DNA of 30,363 nt, taken from the IMG/VR virus record IMGVR_UViG_3300017784_006466, positions 1 to 30,363 of that record; one strand, 5' to 3'. Position numbers and translations under genes: made by a program. Under the pieces are notes generated by a model. It did no database searches. It had not been told where the DNA came from and saw nothing but the letters and a program-made list of their open reading frames with translations. Origin of the DNA: a virus. Taxonomy: Duplodnaviria; Caudoviricetes. How positions within the stretch are numbered: the stretch's first letter is position 1; each line of letters opens with the position of its first letter. Below, one piece after another: positions 9,770 to 18,417 of this stretch.

Positions 9770-10136
9770 TATTAAAATTCTAATAACTCTATTTGTGTTC
9801 ATGATTGCAAATTCAAGTAGCAAAGCCCAATCAACATATCAAAAATATGATTGTGTAACCAGAGGAGTAGAGTACAATATCACAAAATCCCAAATTAATT
9901 CCAATATAAAAACAATGGAATTATTAAAAGAATCAAAGAAAAACTATTCAATTTTTAATAAATCTGATTCGATTACTAGATCAAGGATGCAAAATATAGT
10001 TTCTGCAAAGCAAAATGAAAATTTTAGACTAAATCAAAAAGCCTTTTTACTTATGGATGCTAATAAAATTGATGATATTGATGGATATAATAATCGAGTT
10101 AATAATTTAAGGAGACAAATGATTGAAAGCAAATGA
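9759..10136 (+). CDS. Hypothetical protein with signal peptide-like N-terminus
   Basis: Probable start at 9759 (MENNIKILITLFVFMIANSSSKA). Confidence 0.55.
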   Translation: MENNIKILITLFVFMIANSSSKAQSTYQKYDCVTRGVEYNITKSQINSNIKTMELLKESKKNYSIFNKSDSITRSRMQNIVSAKQNENFRLNQKAFLLMDANKIDDIDGYNNRVNNLRRQMIESK

Positions 10137-11028
10137 TGCTTTATATTTATTAGTATCTTACTTTAATTATAATAGTAATAAATCTAGAGAAAGAAATATT
10201 TATTCTTTTATACAAAAAAATTCTAACAGCAAAGTTAAAATTGTAATTATAGAGGCTATATATAATAATCACAACCAACTTAAAGATTTAAGCTCTCAAG
10301 TCTTTTTACATTTAAAATATAATATTAAACATCCAGTTTCACTGCAAGATAATTTAATTAACGTAGGAATAAAAAAGCTACCAACAGATTGGGAATATTT
10401 AGCTTGGGTAGATTCAGATGTTATATTCAATAATGAAAATTGGGCGCAGAACATTTTAAAAGAATTGCAAGATAAAGATATAGTCCATTGTTTTAAAGAG
10501 GCAGATTTTTTAAATCAAGATGGAACGGTTTCTAATTTTAATTTTTTGAGTGAATGTTATACACATATTAATAAAATTAAGTATCTTGATATACATCAAA
10601 AAACTCATTGTGGATTTGCTTGGGCTTTAAAAAAATCTTTTTACGAACAAATAAAAGAAATATTTGATTATAGTATAATAGGATCAAATGATGTGGTCAT
10701 GAATTTAGTTGTTTTGAAAAAATCTTTGGAAGATTACTTTTCAAATTCAGGATATTCACAAGAATATATTGATTTAGTTACTGAATATTATAATAGAAAA
10801 AAAGAAGTAAAATTTACGTTCATAGATAATAAAATAACACATCTATGGCACGGAGATATTAATAATAGAAACTATCATCTTAGAAAAAGTATTTTAAAAA
10901 AATATCAATTCAATCCTAAGCAACATATCTTAAAAAATAAAGATGGAATTATAGAACTCACAGAAAAAGGACTCGTTATGTTGCCATATATTAAAAACTA
11001 TTTTGAATTAAAAGAAAAGGAATTATAA
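10123..11028 (+). CDS. Putative GT-A fold glycosyltransferase
   Basis: YLAWVDSDVIF (DxD), GFAWA, IIGSND, HLWHG. Confidence 0.65.
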   Translation: MKANDALYLLVSYFNYNSNKSRERNIYSFIQKNSNSKVKIVIIEAIYNNHNQLKDLSSQVFLHLKYNIKHPVSLQDNLINVGIKKLPTDWEYLAWVDSDVIFNNENWAQNILKELQDKDIVHCFKEADFLNQDGTVSNFNFLSECYTHINKIKYLDIHQKTHCGFAWALKKSFYEQIKEIFDYSIIGSNDVVMNLVVLKKSLEDYFSNSGYSQEYIDLVTEYYNRKKEVKFTFIDNKITHLWHGDINNRNYHLRKSILKKYQFNPKQHILKNKDGIIELTEKGLVMLPYIKNYFELKEKEL

Positions 11029-11035
11029 TAAATTT

Positions 11036-11275
11036 ATGCAAGAAAACGATAAAATAACATTACCAAATCATCCATACGCTAGGGGAGCGTATTTTTCTCC
11101 AGTCGTAAGAGTTTTACCAAAAATATCTAGAAATGCATATTGCCCATTAATGAATAAGAAATTTAAAAAATGCTGTGGAGCTTCTGGCCAAGATTTTTGT
11201 AATAAAGCAAAAGAAAATTTAGAAAACTATGTTAATGATTTAAAAGAAAAGATGAAAGATGATAAAAGCGGTTGA
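11036..11275 (+). CDS. SEC-C motif (zinc-binding) small protein
   Basis: KISRNAYCPLMNKKFKKCCG compared with canonical KxGRNxxCPCGSGKKYKxCC. Confidence 0.7.
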   Translation: MQENDKITLPNHPYARGAYFSPVVRVLPKISRNAYCPLMNKKFKKCCGASGQDFCNKAKENLENYVNDLKEKMKDDKSG

Positions 11276-12245
11276 TATTATTTTTGGTTTAGCATGGGGA
11301 GACGAAGGAAAGGGTAAAATAAGTAATGCCATTTCTAAAAATTATGATATTGTTTGTCGTTGGAATGGTGGGCCTAACGCAGGTCATACAGTTTATATTA
11401 ATGATAAAAAATATAAAACTCATATTATTCCTTGTGGGATTTTTCAAAATAAACTTAGCGTCATTGGTCCAAATTGCGTTATTAATATTGATAAATTTTT
11501 TGATGAAATAGAGTATTTACGAAAAGAAGGGTTTGATACATCCCTAGTTAAAGTTAGTCCCAAAGCTCATGTTATTACTGAAAGACATATTCAATATGAT
11601 CTTAAATTTTTAAAACCTAAACTTGGTACAACTGGACAAGGAATTGCTCCTGCTTATTCAGATAAAATGTTACGAATAGGAAAACTAGCAGGAGATTATA
11701 TTGATAAAAAATATCTTTGGGACGGAAACCTTGAAGGAGAGATTCTTTGTGAAGGGGCACAAAGTTTTTGGCTTGATATTAATTATGGTGATTACCCTTA
11801 TGTGACAAGCAGTGAAACATTACCTTATAACGCTTGCTCTCTTGGTTTTAGCCCCAAAAAAATTAGAAATATAATTGGTGTTGCAAAAATTTACGATACC
11901 AAAAGCGGAGTTGATCCATTATTTCCAGAATCTTTATGGGAAGATGATGAACTTAATCAAATTATTGATCTTGGTCAAGAATATGGCTCCACCACTGGTA
12001 GAAAAAGATTAGTCAATTGGCTCAATTTAAATAAATTAAAAGAAGCAGTTAGAATTTCTGGAGTTACAAAACTTATTATTAACAAATGTGATATCTTGCA
12101 AAAACTAAATAAGTATAAGATTTTCTTAAACCATAATCTATATAATATAAATGATTTTATTGAAATGAAGAATATGATTAAAAATTATATAAATAATAAT
12201 GAATTTTGTGAGATAATATTTTCTGGAAATAAATCAGATATTTAA
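11259..12245 (+). CDS. purA: Adenylosuccinate synthetase, short form
   Basis: WGDEGKGK, GGPNAGHT, GTTGQGIAPAYSDK, EGAQ, YPYVTSS, GSTTGRKR, NKCD. Confidence 0.93.
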   Translation: MIKAVDIIFGLAWGDEGKGKISNAISKNYDIVCRWNGGPNAGHTVYINDKKYKTHIIPCGIFQNKLSVIGPNCVINIDKFFDEIEYLRKEGFDTSLVKVSPKAHVITERHIQYDLKFLKPKLGTTGQGIAPAYSDKMLRIGKLAGDYIDKKYLWDGNLEGEILCEGAQSFWLDINYGDYPYVTSSETLPYNACSLGFSPKKIRNIIGVAKIYDTKSGVDPLFPESLWEDDELNQIIDLGQEYGSTTGRKRLVNWLNLNKLKEAVRISGVTKLIINKCDILQKLNKYKIFLNHNLYNINDFIEMKNMIKNYINNNEFCEIIFSGNKSDI

Positions 12246-12247
12246 TA

Positions 12248-12253
12248 GTGTAA
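12248..12253 (+). promoter_or_regulatory. GTGTAA-N8-start motif, putative phage (late) promoter; also at 508-513(-), 12820-12825, 18203-18208, 22505-22510, and with 11-nt spacing at 18170-18175(-)
   Basis: Five copies lie exactly 8 nt before a start codon. Confidence 0.65.
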
Positions 12254-12261
12254 ACTACCAT

Positions 12262-12477
12262 GTGAGCAATCAAAGCCAAGCGTTAGCTATTTGTTCTGAA
12301 TTTGCAGACGAATATAGTATAGATATTAACGATAATAATACAATAGTAGTTTATACAAAAAGTAAATATATAAACGAGTTAAGAAGCATGCTCGACAAAA
12401 AAGATTATAAAATATCTAGTTTCCAAACATACGGTTCAGACGCTTTAATCAAATTTGTCCCTAAATATAAATTATAA
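12262..12477 (+). CDS. Hypothetical protein (GTG start)
   Basis: 71-aa ORF preceded by GTGTAA-N8. Confidence 0.6.
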   Translation: MSNQSQALAICSEFADEYSIDINDNNTIVVYTKSKYINELRSMLDKKDYKISSFQTYGSDALIKFVPKYKL

Positions 12478-12506
12478 TTTTTTAATAAAATACCATATAA
12501 TTTTAT

Positions 12507-12659
12507 ATGGATAAAATACTTAATTTATTAAATCAAATAATAGAATATAACGTTTATCAAGATCTTTTAACCAAAGATAATAAAGATACTGGGGATACTT
12601 GGAACGTGCATCATTTAAAGCTTCTTAAGCGATTAATAAAAGAATATGAACCAAAATAA
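12507..12659 (+). CDS. Small hypothetical protein, 50 aa (MDKILNLLNQII...WNVHHLKLLK...EPK), not in ORF track
   Basis: Read manually; TATAAT 5 nt upstream; fills gap. Confidence 0.6.
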   Translation: MDKILNLLNQIIEYNVYQDLLTKDNKDTGDTWNVHHLKLLKRLIKEYEPK

Positions 12660-12816
12660 ACCTAAAAAACATAAATTTTATGGTATTTACTCTAAAAATG
12701 ATAATTTCTTATATGGAGTATTTCCTTTTTCAAAAGAAGGTTTTAAATTAGCAAAAAATTATATGCAAAAAAAACTTAAAACAAGAACAAATAATTTCTA
12801 TATATCTCCTAAATAG
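12646..12816 (+). CDS. Small basic hypothetical protein, 56 aa (MNQNKPKKHKFYGIY...SPK), not in ORF track
   Basis: Read manually; overlaps the previous stop and ends just before the next promoter motif. Confidence 0.6.
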   Translation: MNQNKPKKHKFYGIYSKNDNFLYGVFPFSKEGFKLAKNYMQKKLKTRTNNFYISPK

Positions 12817-12833
12817 CTTGTGTAATAGATTGT

Positions 12834-14042
12834 ATGTCTGTATCTATTATAGATCCCGGTGATGGAAGTTGTCCTTGTGGCACGCTTGTAAATTCAAATG
12901 AATACTGGACAAAGGAATTAGTAGGTTATGGTTACGATGATGTTCCTATTTGGGATGATGTTTTTCATGTTGAAACTTATACTGAATGTGTGGATCCATG
13001 CCCACCATCACCAAGCACTAGCGATAGCGATAGCGATAGCGATAGCTCTAGCGATAGTTGCACTCCTGACGATTGTTGTAAAAGCCCCGAAACCTGTGAT
13101 GCTGTTAGCTGTTATCTTTCGGCCGTATTTCCATGTAGTGGAAGTTGTGAGCCTTATATAGTTTTTTGTTGCGATGGAACCACGATAGATTGCGGAAGCA
13201 TTTGTAAAATAGATTGTCCTCCTAGTGATAGCAATACTCCTAGCGATAGTTCTAGTGATAGTTCTAGTAGTAGTTCTAGCGATAGTACTAGTGATAGTTC
13301 TAGCGACAGCCCCAGTCCTAGTTGCGAATGTGATTGTGGTGATGGATCAAGCACAAGATCATGTAATGCACAAACTGCACAAACAGTTGATTGTGTAGGG
13401 CCTGATTGTAATGGCAAATTTATATTATGTTTTTATGGTGATTGCGATAGTCCTAGTGAATCTGAATCTGCATCTAATTCTATAGAATTAAGCCCAAGTG
13501 AGTCTAGTTCTGATTCTAGTTCTGATTGCGATTGGACAGATTGTGTATGCCCCGGAGATAGCGATGATGGTCCAATAACAGATGATAGTTGTGTAAAAGC
13601 ATGTGGTACAGCAGATCCAACATCGGATTCGCCCGGAACCCATTTTGTATTTGGTTGGGTTGTAACAGAGCAGTATGATTGTGTATGTGAAAATGGAGAA
13701 ACTAAAACTATTTTTTGCAGCAGTTGTGAGTATCCAGATTGTCCTCCACCAAGGCAATCTCCTTCTTTTTCTGATACTTCATCGCCAACGCCATCTCCAT
13801 CTCCATCTCCATCGCCATCGCCATCTCCATCATGTACAAATGGGATGAGCGCAGCCGCAGCAAGCGCAGAACTTGCCCAGCTAATTGCAGGATGTAGTGG
13901 TGATTCAAGAAGAGGAGGAGGAAATATATCACCAGTAGGGCCCGGAGATTGTTATAAAGTAAATTTTGAATGTTATGAAAAACAAATAGTCAGTTGTGCC
14001 CCTAATGGAAATTGTACTTATACATGGGTACGAATACGCTAA
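12834..14042 (+). CDS. Cys-rich modular protein with Ser/Asp/Pro low-complexity linkers
   Basis: 402 aa, 40 Cys in five blocks separated by SDSDSD, SDSS and PSPSPS linkers; GTGTAA-N8-ATG upstream. Confidence 0.8.
   Translation: MSVSIIDPGDGSCPCGTLVNSNEYWTKELVGYGYDDVPIWDDVFHVETYTECVDPCPPSPSTSDSDSDSDSSSDSCTPDDCCKSPETCDAVSCYLSAVFPCSGSCEPYIVFCCDGTTIDCGSICKIDCPPSDSNTPSDSSSDSSSSSSSDSTSDSSSDSPSPSCECDCGDGSSTRSCNAQTAQTVDCVGPDCNGKFILCFYGDCDSPSESESASNSIELSPSESSSDSSSDCDWTDCVCPGDSDDGPITDDSCVKACGTADPTSDSPGTHFVFGWVVTEQYDCVCENGETKTIFCSSCEYPDCPPPRQSPSFSDTSSPTPSPSPSPSPSPSPSCTNGMSAAAASAELAQLIAGCSGDSRRGGGNISPVGPGDCYKVNFECYEKQIVSCAPNGNCTYTWVRIR
13020..13046 (+). repeat. (AGCGAT)n tandem repeat encoding Ser-Asp
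   Basis: agcgat x4 followed by agc. Confidence 0.85.
13242..13310 (+). repeat. Degenerate 12-bp tandem repeat (agYgatagttct) encoding SDSS
   Basis: Visible 12-nt period. Confidence 0.75.
13791..13833 (+). repeat. (CCATCN)n tandem repeat encoding Pro-Ser
   Basis: About 7 ccatct/ccatcg units. Confidence 0.85.
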
Positions 14043-14105
14043 TTATATATAAATAATAATATTAAAATATTGAAATATAATTATTTTTCAATATAATCTT
14101 ATATT

Positions 14106-15053
14106 GTGGATTTTATTTTATTAGCTCATTGGAATGGAAGGTTTGGAAACAGAATGCATCAGTATGCATATGGAGCAACTTATTCAAAAATTAATAATGT
14201 TAAATTTATATTACCTAGTGATTGGGAAGGCACAAAGCTTTTTAAAAATCAAATACATGAAATTTGTGATAATAAAGAAGCAAAATTACATGTAAATCAA
14301 TCCAAAAAACCTTTTGATAGTATTGATTATAGGACATTTGCACTTAAAAAATATCTAGATCCAAACATAAAAAAAATAAATCCAGTTAATTTTAAAGAAA
14401 ATTATTCAAAACAGAATACTAATGTTTTTTTTGATGATATGTGCGCTTATAATGAGTGCGTTTTTAATAAAATGTCAAAAAAACATTTAAAATATATTTT
14501 TGAATTAAGTGACGAAGTTAAAAATTTAGATATTTATAAAAGATTAGAAGACAAACAAGGCTCATATGATATTGCGCATTTAAGAAGAGACGATATATCT
14601 AATGCAGAATATAATCAAAAAAATCATCAAGGTTATTCTGTTGTTTCAAAAGAATCTTATTTTAAAGCTTTTAAAGAATATGGATTTGATAAAGATAAAA
14701 TGCTTTGGGTTTCAGACGATTATAAAAAACAATGGCACAAAGAGAAAGACACAACCAAAAAAAAGTTAGGTTGGAAATATCCAGTTGGATCAGAATATTC
14801 ACCAGATATGGTATTTGATTGGTTAGAAGATTGGCTTACCTTATATTTTGCTAGAACAATATTTAGAGCGAATTCTTCATTTAGTTGGTGGGCAGCATTT
14901 CTATCTCCTACAGCAAAAATATATAGCCCAGTATTAGATAAACAAATTATTTATGGAGTAGATGGATTAAAAGAATTAGATATAAATTTTATTGAAGGAA
15001 ATCATCCCCATTGGATGTACAATAACACAGATATAAATATAAAAGATGAGTAA
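14106..15053 (+). CDS. GT11-like (alpha-1,2-fucosyltransferase-like) glycosyltransferase
   Basis: GRFGNRMHQYA, HLRRDD (cf. HxRRGD), VSDD, NSSFSWWAAFL. Confidence 0.8.
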   Translation: MDFILLAHWNGRFGNRMHQYAYGATYSKINNVKFILPSDWEGTKLFKNQIHEICDNKEAKLHVNQSKKPFDSIDYRTFALKKYLDPNIKKINPVNFKENYSKQNTNVFFDDMCAYNECVFNKMSKKHLKYIFELSDEVKNLDIYKRLEDKQGSYDIAHLRRDDISNAEYNQKNHQGYSVVSKESYFKAFKEYGFDKDKMLWVSDDYKKQWHKEKDTTKKKLGWKYPVGSEYSPDMVFDWLEDWLTLYFARTIFRANSSFSWWAAFLSPTAKIYSPVLDKQIIYGVDGLKELDINFIEGNHPHWMYNNTDINIKDE

Positions 15054-16041
15054 AAAAATTATAAGTTTTGCGCTTTATGGAGACGATCCTAAATATTATT
15101 TAGGAGCAGAGCAAAATATTATAGAGGCAGAAAAAATATATCCCGATTGGATTTGCAGATTTTATTGTAAAAAAGACATACCAAATCTAGAAAAACTTAA
15201 AAATAATAAAAATGTAGAAATAATCTTAATTGAAGATGATGAAACTATTCCTCCAATGTATTTAAGATTTTTAGTTGCAGATGATCCAGACGTAGATATA
15301 TTCATAATTAGAGATTGCGACTCAATAATAAACTACAGAGAGCAAGCTGCCGTACAAGAATGGTTGAATTCAGATAAAATATTACATTTAATGCATGATC
15401 ATGAAAGACATTTTTGGCTTATGATGGGTGGAATGTGGGGATTAAAGAATCAATTTAAATTTAATATGAAAAATATTATTCAAAAATATATATTAGAAAA
15501 AAATAAAAATAATTTTAATTGGGGAGATGATCAACATTTTTTAGGAGATTGCATTTTACCTTTATTAAAAGATTCAGTTATAGATCACAACTCAACATAT
15601 ATAAAATGGTCTTACTCAAAAAATTTTCCTGAACACAAAAATATTAAATATGGAAATTTTGTTGGAGATGTTATTTATCCAACAACTTATCTTAATTTAA
15701 AAAATAAAAATAAACATAATTTATTTATAATTGGAAATCAATCAGAAAATGATCATCTATATTTATTTGAATCTCTTAAATACTTAATTAATCAATATAA
15801 AGAAATAATTATTTTTATTAAAGAAGAAAGAGAAAAATTTTCTCAAAATCTTTATAAAAATAAATTTAAAAATGTAAGACTTATAGCTGGTAAAGAAAAT
15901 GCGGCCTTAAATTTTTACAATGAACTTTTTAAACAGACTCATGATTTTTTAGGGTTAGGAGTTTATAGTAAAAATTTTAAAGGTATTTATACTAAAGAAA
16001 GTATACTAGAAGATATAAATAAATTTAAAAATAGCAATTAA
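15046..16041 (+). CDS. Putative GT-A glycosyltransferase with additional C-terminal domain
   Basis: KKIISFALYG, WICRFY, IIRDCDS (DxD), MGGMWG, DQHFL. Confidence 0.65.
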   Translation: MSKKIISFALYGDDPKYYLGAEQNIIEAEKIYPDWICRFYCKKDIPNLEKLKNNKNVEIILIEDDETIPPMYLRFLVADDPDVDIFIIRDCDSIINYREQAAVQEWLNSDKILHLMHDHERHFWLMMGGMWGLKNQFKFNMKNIIQKYILEKNKNNFNWGDDQHFLGDCILPLLKDSVIDHNSTYIKWSYSKNFPEHKNIKYGNFVGDVIYPTTYLNLKNKNKHNLFIIGNQSENDHLYLFESLKYLINQYKEIIIFIKEEREKFSQNLYKNKFKNVRLIAGKENAALNFYNELFKQTHDFLGLGVYSKNFKGIYTKESILEDINKFKNSN

Positions 16042-16051
16042 AATTTTAAAT

Positions 16052-16807
16052 ATGAATATTGATAATGTTATTCTCACATCAAATAATAATCCATTATACT
16101 TAGATTTTTGGCCAGTTGTATCAAAAATATGGTGTTTAAAATTTAAGATAAATCCAATTTTATATTTTTTTTATAAAAATGGGGAAGAAGATTTAAAAAT
16201 TGATGAATCTCATGGAGAAGTTAGAAGAATTAAATTAATAGAAAATATTCCAGAATCAATACAAGTTTTATGGGCAAGATACTATATACCATCTCAAGAA
16301 CCATTTAAAACTTGGATAATCTCCGATATAGATATGCTTCCCATGTCAAATTTTTATTTCATTGATCAAATTAAAAATATTCCAGAAGACCATTATGTAC
16401 ATATAAATCCTTGTTTAAAAACTTATGGATCAATACCATCTTGTTATCATATAGCTAAAGGATACACATATAAAAAATATTTAGAATTGCCAAATTCTTG
16501 GGAAGAATCTATAAGACAAGTTGTAAATAGTGGATTTGGGTCAACTATAAATAATAATAAATTATGGTTTGCAGATGAACAATTTGCTACAAATAAAATT
16601 TTAAAAAATAAAGATGATAAATTTTTATTTCTAGAAAGAAATGGTGGGCAAAATGGATTCAGAATAGATAGAACAAATTGGAATTATGATGAAAATAAAA
16701 TACTTAAAGAATATTATTACGATTGCCATTCTTTACGTCCATATGAAAAAAATAAATTAGAAATTCTTAATTTAACTAAATTGATTTTAAATTCAAAGTT
16801 TGAATAG
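16052..16807 (+). CDS. Putative GT-A glycosyltransferase-like protein
   Basis: IISDIDMLP (DxD), WFADEQ, DCHSLRP; in operon with GTs. Confidence 0.55.
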   Translation: MNIDNVILTSNNNPLYLDFWPVVSKIWCLKFKINPILYFFYKNGEEDLKIDESHGEVRRIKLIENIPESIQVLWARYYIPSQEPFKTWIISDIDMLPMSNFYFIDQIKNIPEDHYVHINPCLKTYGSIPSCYHIAKGYTYKKYLELPNSWEESIRQVVNSGFGSTINNNKLWFADEQFATNKILKNKDDKFLFLERNGGQNGFRIDRTNWNYDENKILKEYYYDCHSLRPYEKNKLEILNLTKLILNSKFE

Positions 16808-16849
16808 ATCAAATTATTGAATAATTTCAATTATATAATATAATACTAT

Positions 16850-17743
16850 ATGATCAATTTTTCAGGTTGTCCAGCTTTAGTAATTGCTACCGCTAATATT
16901 AGAAGAATAAACCCAGCTCCATTTTCGCCACCTTATGGATCTTGTCTTGGACAACCACCATATCGAATTAATACTGGCACAGAAAACGATGATTATGATA
17001 TTTACATTAGATGGGCGGTAGGAAATTCTTGGGTATACGCTACTCAGACTAGCACAAGTTCTACGCCAACAGTAATAGCGAGAATTAGAGGAACTACAAA
17101 TTTAAATAGCACAAATAATTACCAAAGAGGAATTCTTTTGCAAGGTTTTACAGATTCGGGTGCCTCATATTGCACAAATTCAAGAGCGTTCAATAATCAA
17201 ATGGTAGATGTACCAGTTTCTGCAGAAGGCCCCGGTTGGAGAACTTTTGCGGGATATGCAAACGCAACTTATGATAAATATAATTTCTATATACCACAAG
17301 ATCAAATTTTTAAAAAAATATATGTTGTATATAAAATATATACCACAACTTTAAACGGAACTACTTATTATGGTAATGTCAATTTATCAGAAACAGTAGG
17401 AACAGCAATTGCCGCATATAATTTTTGGAAAAAAGGAACTCCACCAACATTATGTTGCCCAAATAATTTAAGAATTAAATCTCTCACTAACGCTAGATTT
17501 GAAAATAATGTTGCGGATACTACAGCATTTGAATCAAGCTCAAATAATTTTAATGACATTAATGCACTTGCAAATAGAGCCACAGCGCTCGTAATTTTTG
17601 GGTGTCTCGCTGACTTAGGATATGGAGACACAACGATGCCATACACATCGGCCAATGGATCTTTTGTTCATTCTTTTGATTGGCAATTAGCAGATTCTGT
17701 AAGTTACAAAGGTACTAGCCAAAATTATACCAGTTTATTTTAA
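16850..17743 (+). CDS. Orphan Thr/Asn/Tyr/Gly-rich protein, possibly structural
   Basis: 297-aa ORF, low charge, composition unlike neighbouring enzymes. Confidence 0.65.
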   Translation: MINFSGCPALVIATANIRRINPAPFSPPYGSCLGQPPYRINTGTENDDYDIYIRWAVGNSWVYATQTSTSSTPTVIARIRGTTNLNSTNNYQRGILLQGFTDSGASYCTNSRAFNNQMVDVPVSAEGPGWRTFAGYANATYDKYNFYIPQDQIFKKIYVVYKIYTTTLNGTTYYGNVNLSETVGTAIAAYNFWKKGTPPTLCCPNNLRIKSLTNARFENNVADTTAFESSSNNFNDINALANRATALVIFGCLADLGYGDTTMPYTSANGSFVHSFDWQLADSVSYKGTSQNYTSLF

Positions 17744-17744
17744 T

Positions 17745-18158
17745 TTATTTTTTCATAGGACAAATATTATTAACTGAAGTAAAATCCCTACTATATGCAA
17801 AATAATAATTAGGTTCACCTACTGGTACTAGCGTTTCAACAAGAGCTTGAGAGCGTAGTCTACCTAAATCATTGAATAATGGGTTACTTTTTTCTTTTTC
17901 AGCTAAAATAGTTAAAAATACTTTTTTTGAGGAATAATCGGTTGTAAAATTAGTTGCTTGAAAAGCAATTTTTCTAGGAGATAAATCAAATATTTGTTTA
18001 TAAAAAATTTTTTTGTTTAAATAGATTTCCGTTGCTCTAGCTTTTTGATTTAAATATATTTGAACCGTTCTCGCAGTTTCTTGGTTTTTATTATCCCTAA
18101 TATATTGAAGTACATCATCTTGAACATATGTATTGTTCACTTGATCATAAAGTATCAT
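17745..18158 (-). CDS. Hypothetical protein
   Basis: 137-aa ORF convergent with 16850..17743; GTGTAA motif upstream. Confidence 0.6.
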   Translation of the reverse strand: MILYDQVNNTYVQDDVLQYIRDNKNQETARTVQIYLNQKARATEIYLNKKIFYKQIFDLSPRKIAFQATNFTTDYSSKKVFLTILAEKEKSNPLFNDLGRLRSQALVETLVPVGEPNYYFAYSRDFTSVNNICPMKK

Positions 18159-18216
18159 AGTATTACATATTACACATAATATATAGCAATTATATATTCG
18201 TTGTGTAATTTAATTT

Positions 18217-18417
18217 ATGAAATACAAAGAACTAAAAAAATACCTAAATTCATTAACTGAAAATCAACTAGACCAAGAGGTTATAGTAGTAGAAAAGACA
18301 GATTATGCTCCTATTGTTGATAATATTGATACTGCTTTTACAGTAGAAGACGGAGATACGCTAGCAGAAGAAGGACTTTTAAATAGGGTAGTCCTATATA
18401 TCCCCAGATTAAAATGA
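18217..18417 (+). CDS. Small hypothetical phage protein (MKYKELKKYLNSLTENQLDQEV)
   Basis: GTGTAA-N8-ATG; 4-nt overlap with the next gene. Confidence 0.65.
   Translation: MKYKELKKYLNSLTENQLDQEVIVVEKTDYAPIVDNIDTAFTVEDGDTLAEEGLLNRVVLYIPRLK

Noticed and set aside
11259-12245. PurZ (2-aminoadenine Z-genome pathway)
   Set aside because: The catalytic Asp is retained (GDEGKG rather than GSxGKG), TTGR and the GTP-specifying NKxD are PurA-like, and no datZ or mazZ is in the window
12928-13932. Alternative-frame and antisense ORFs (AIAIA, LELSL, MEMEM repeats)
   Set aside because: These are shadows of the tandem repeats in the 12834..14042 gene
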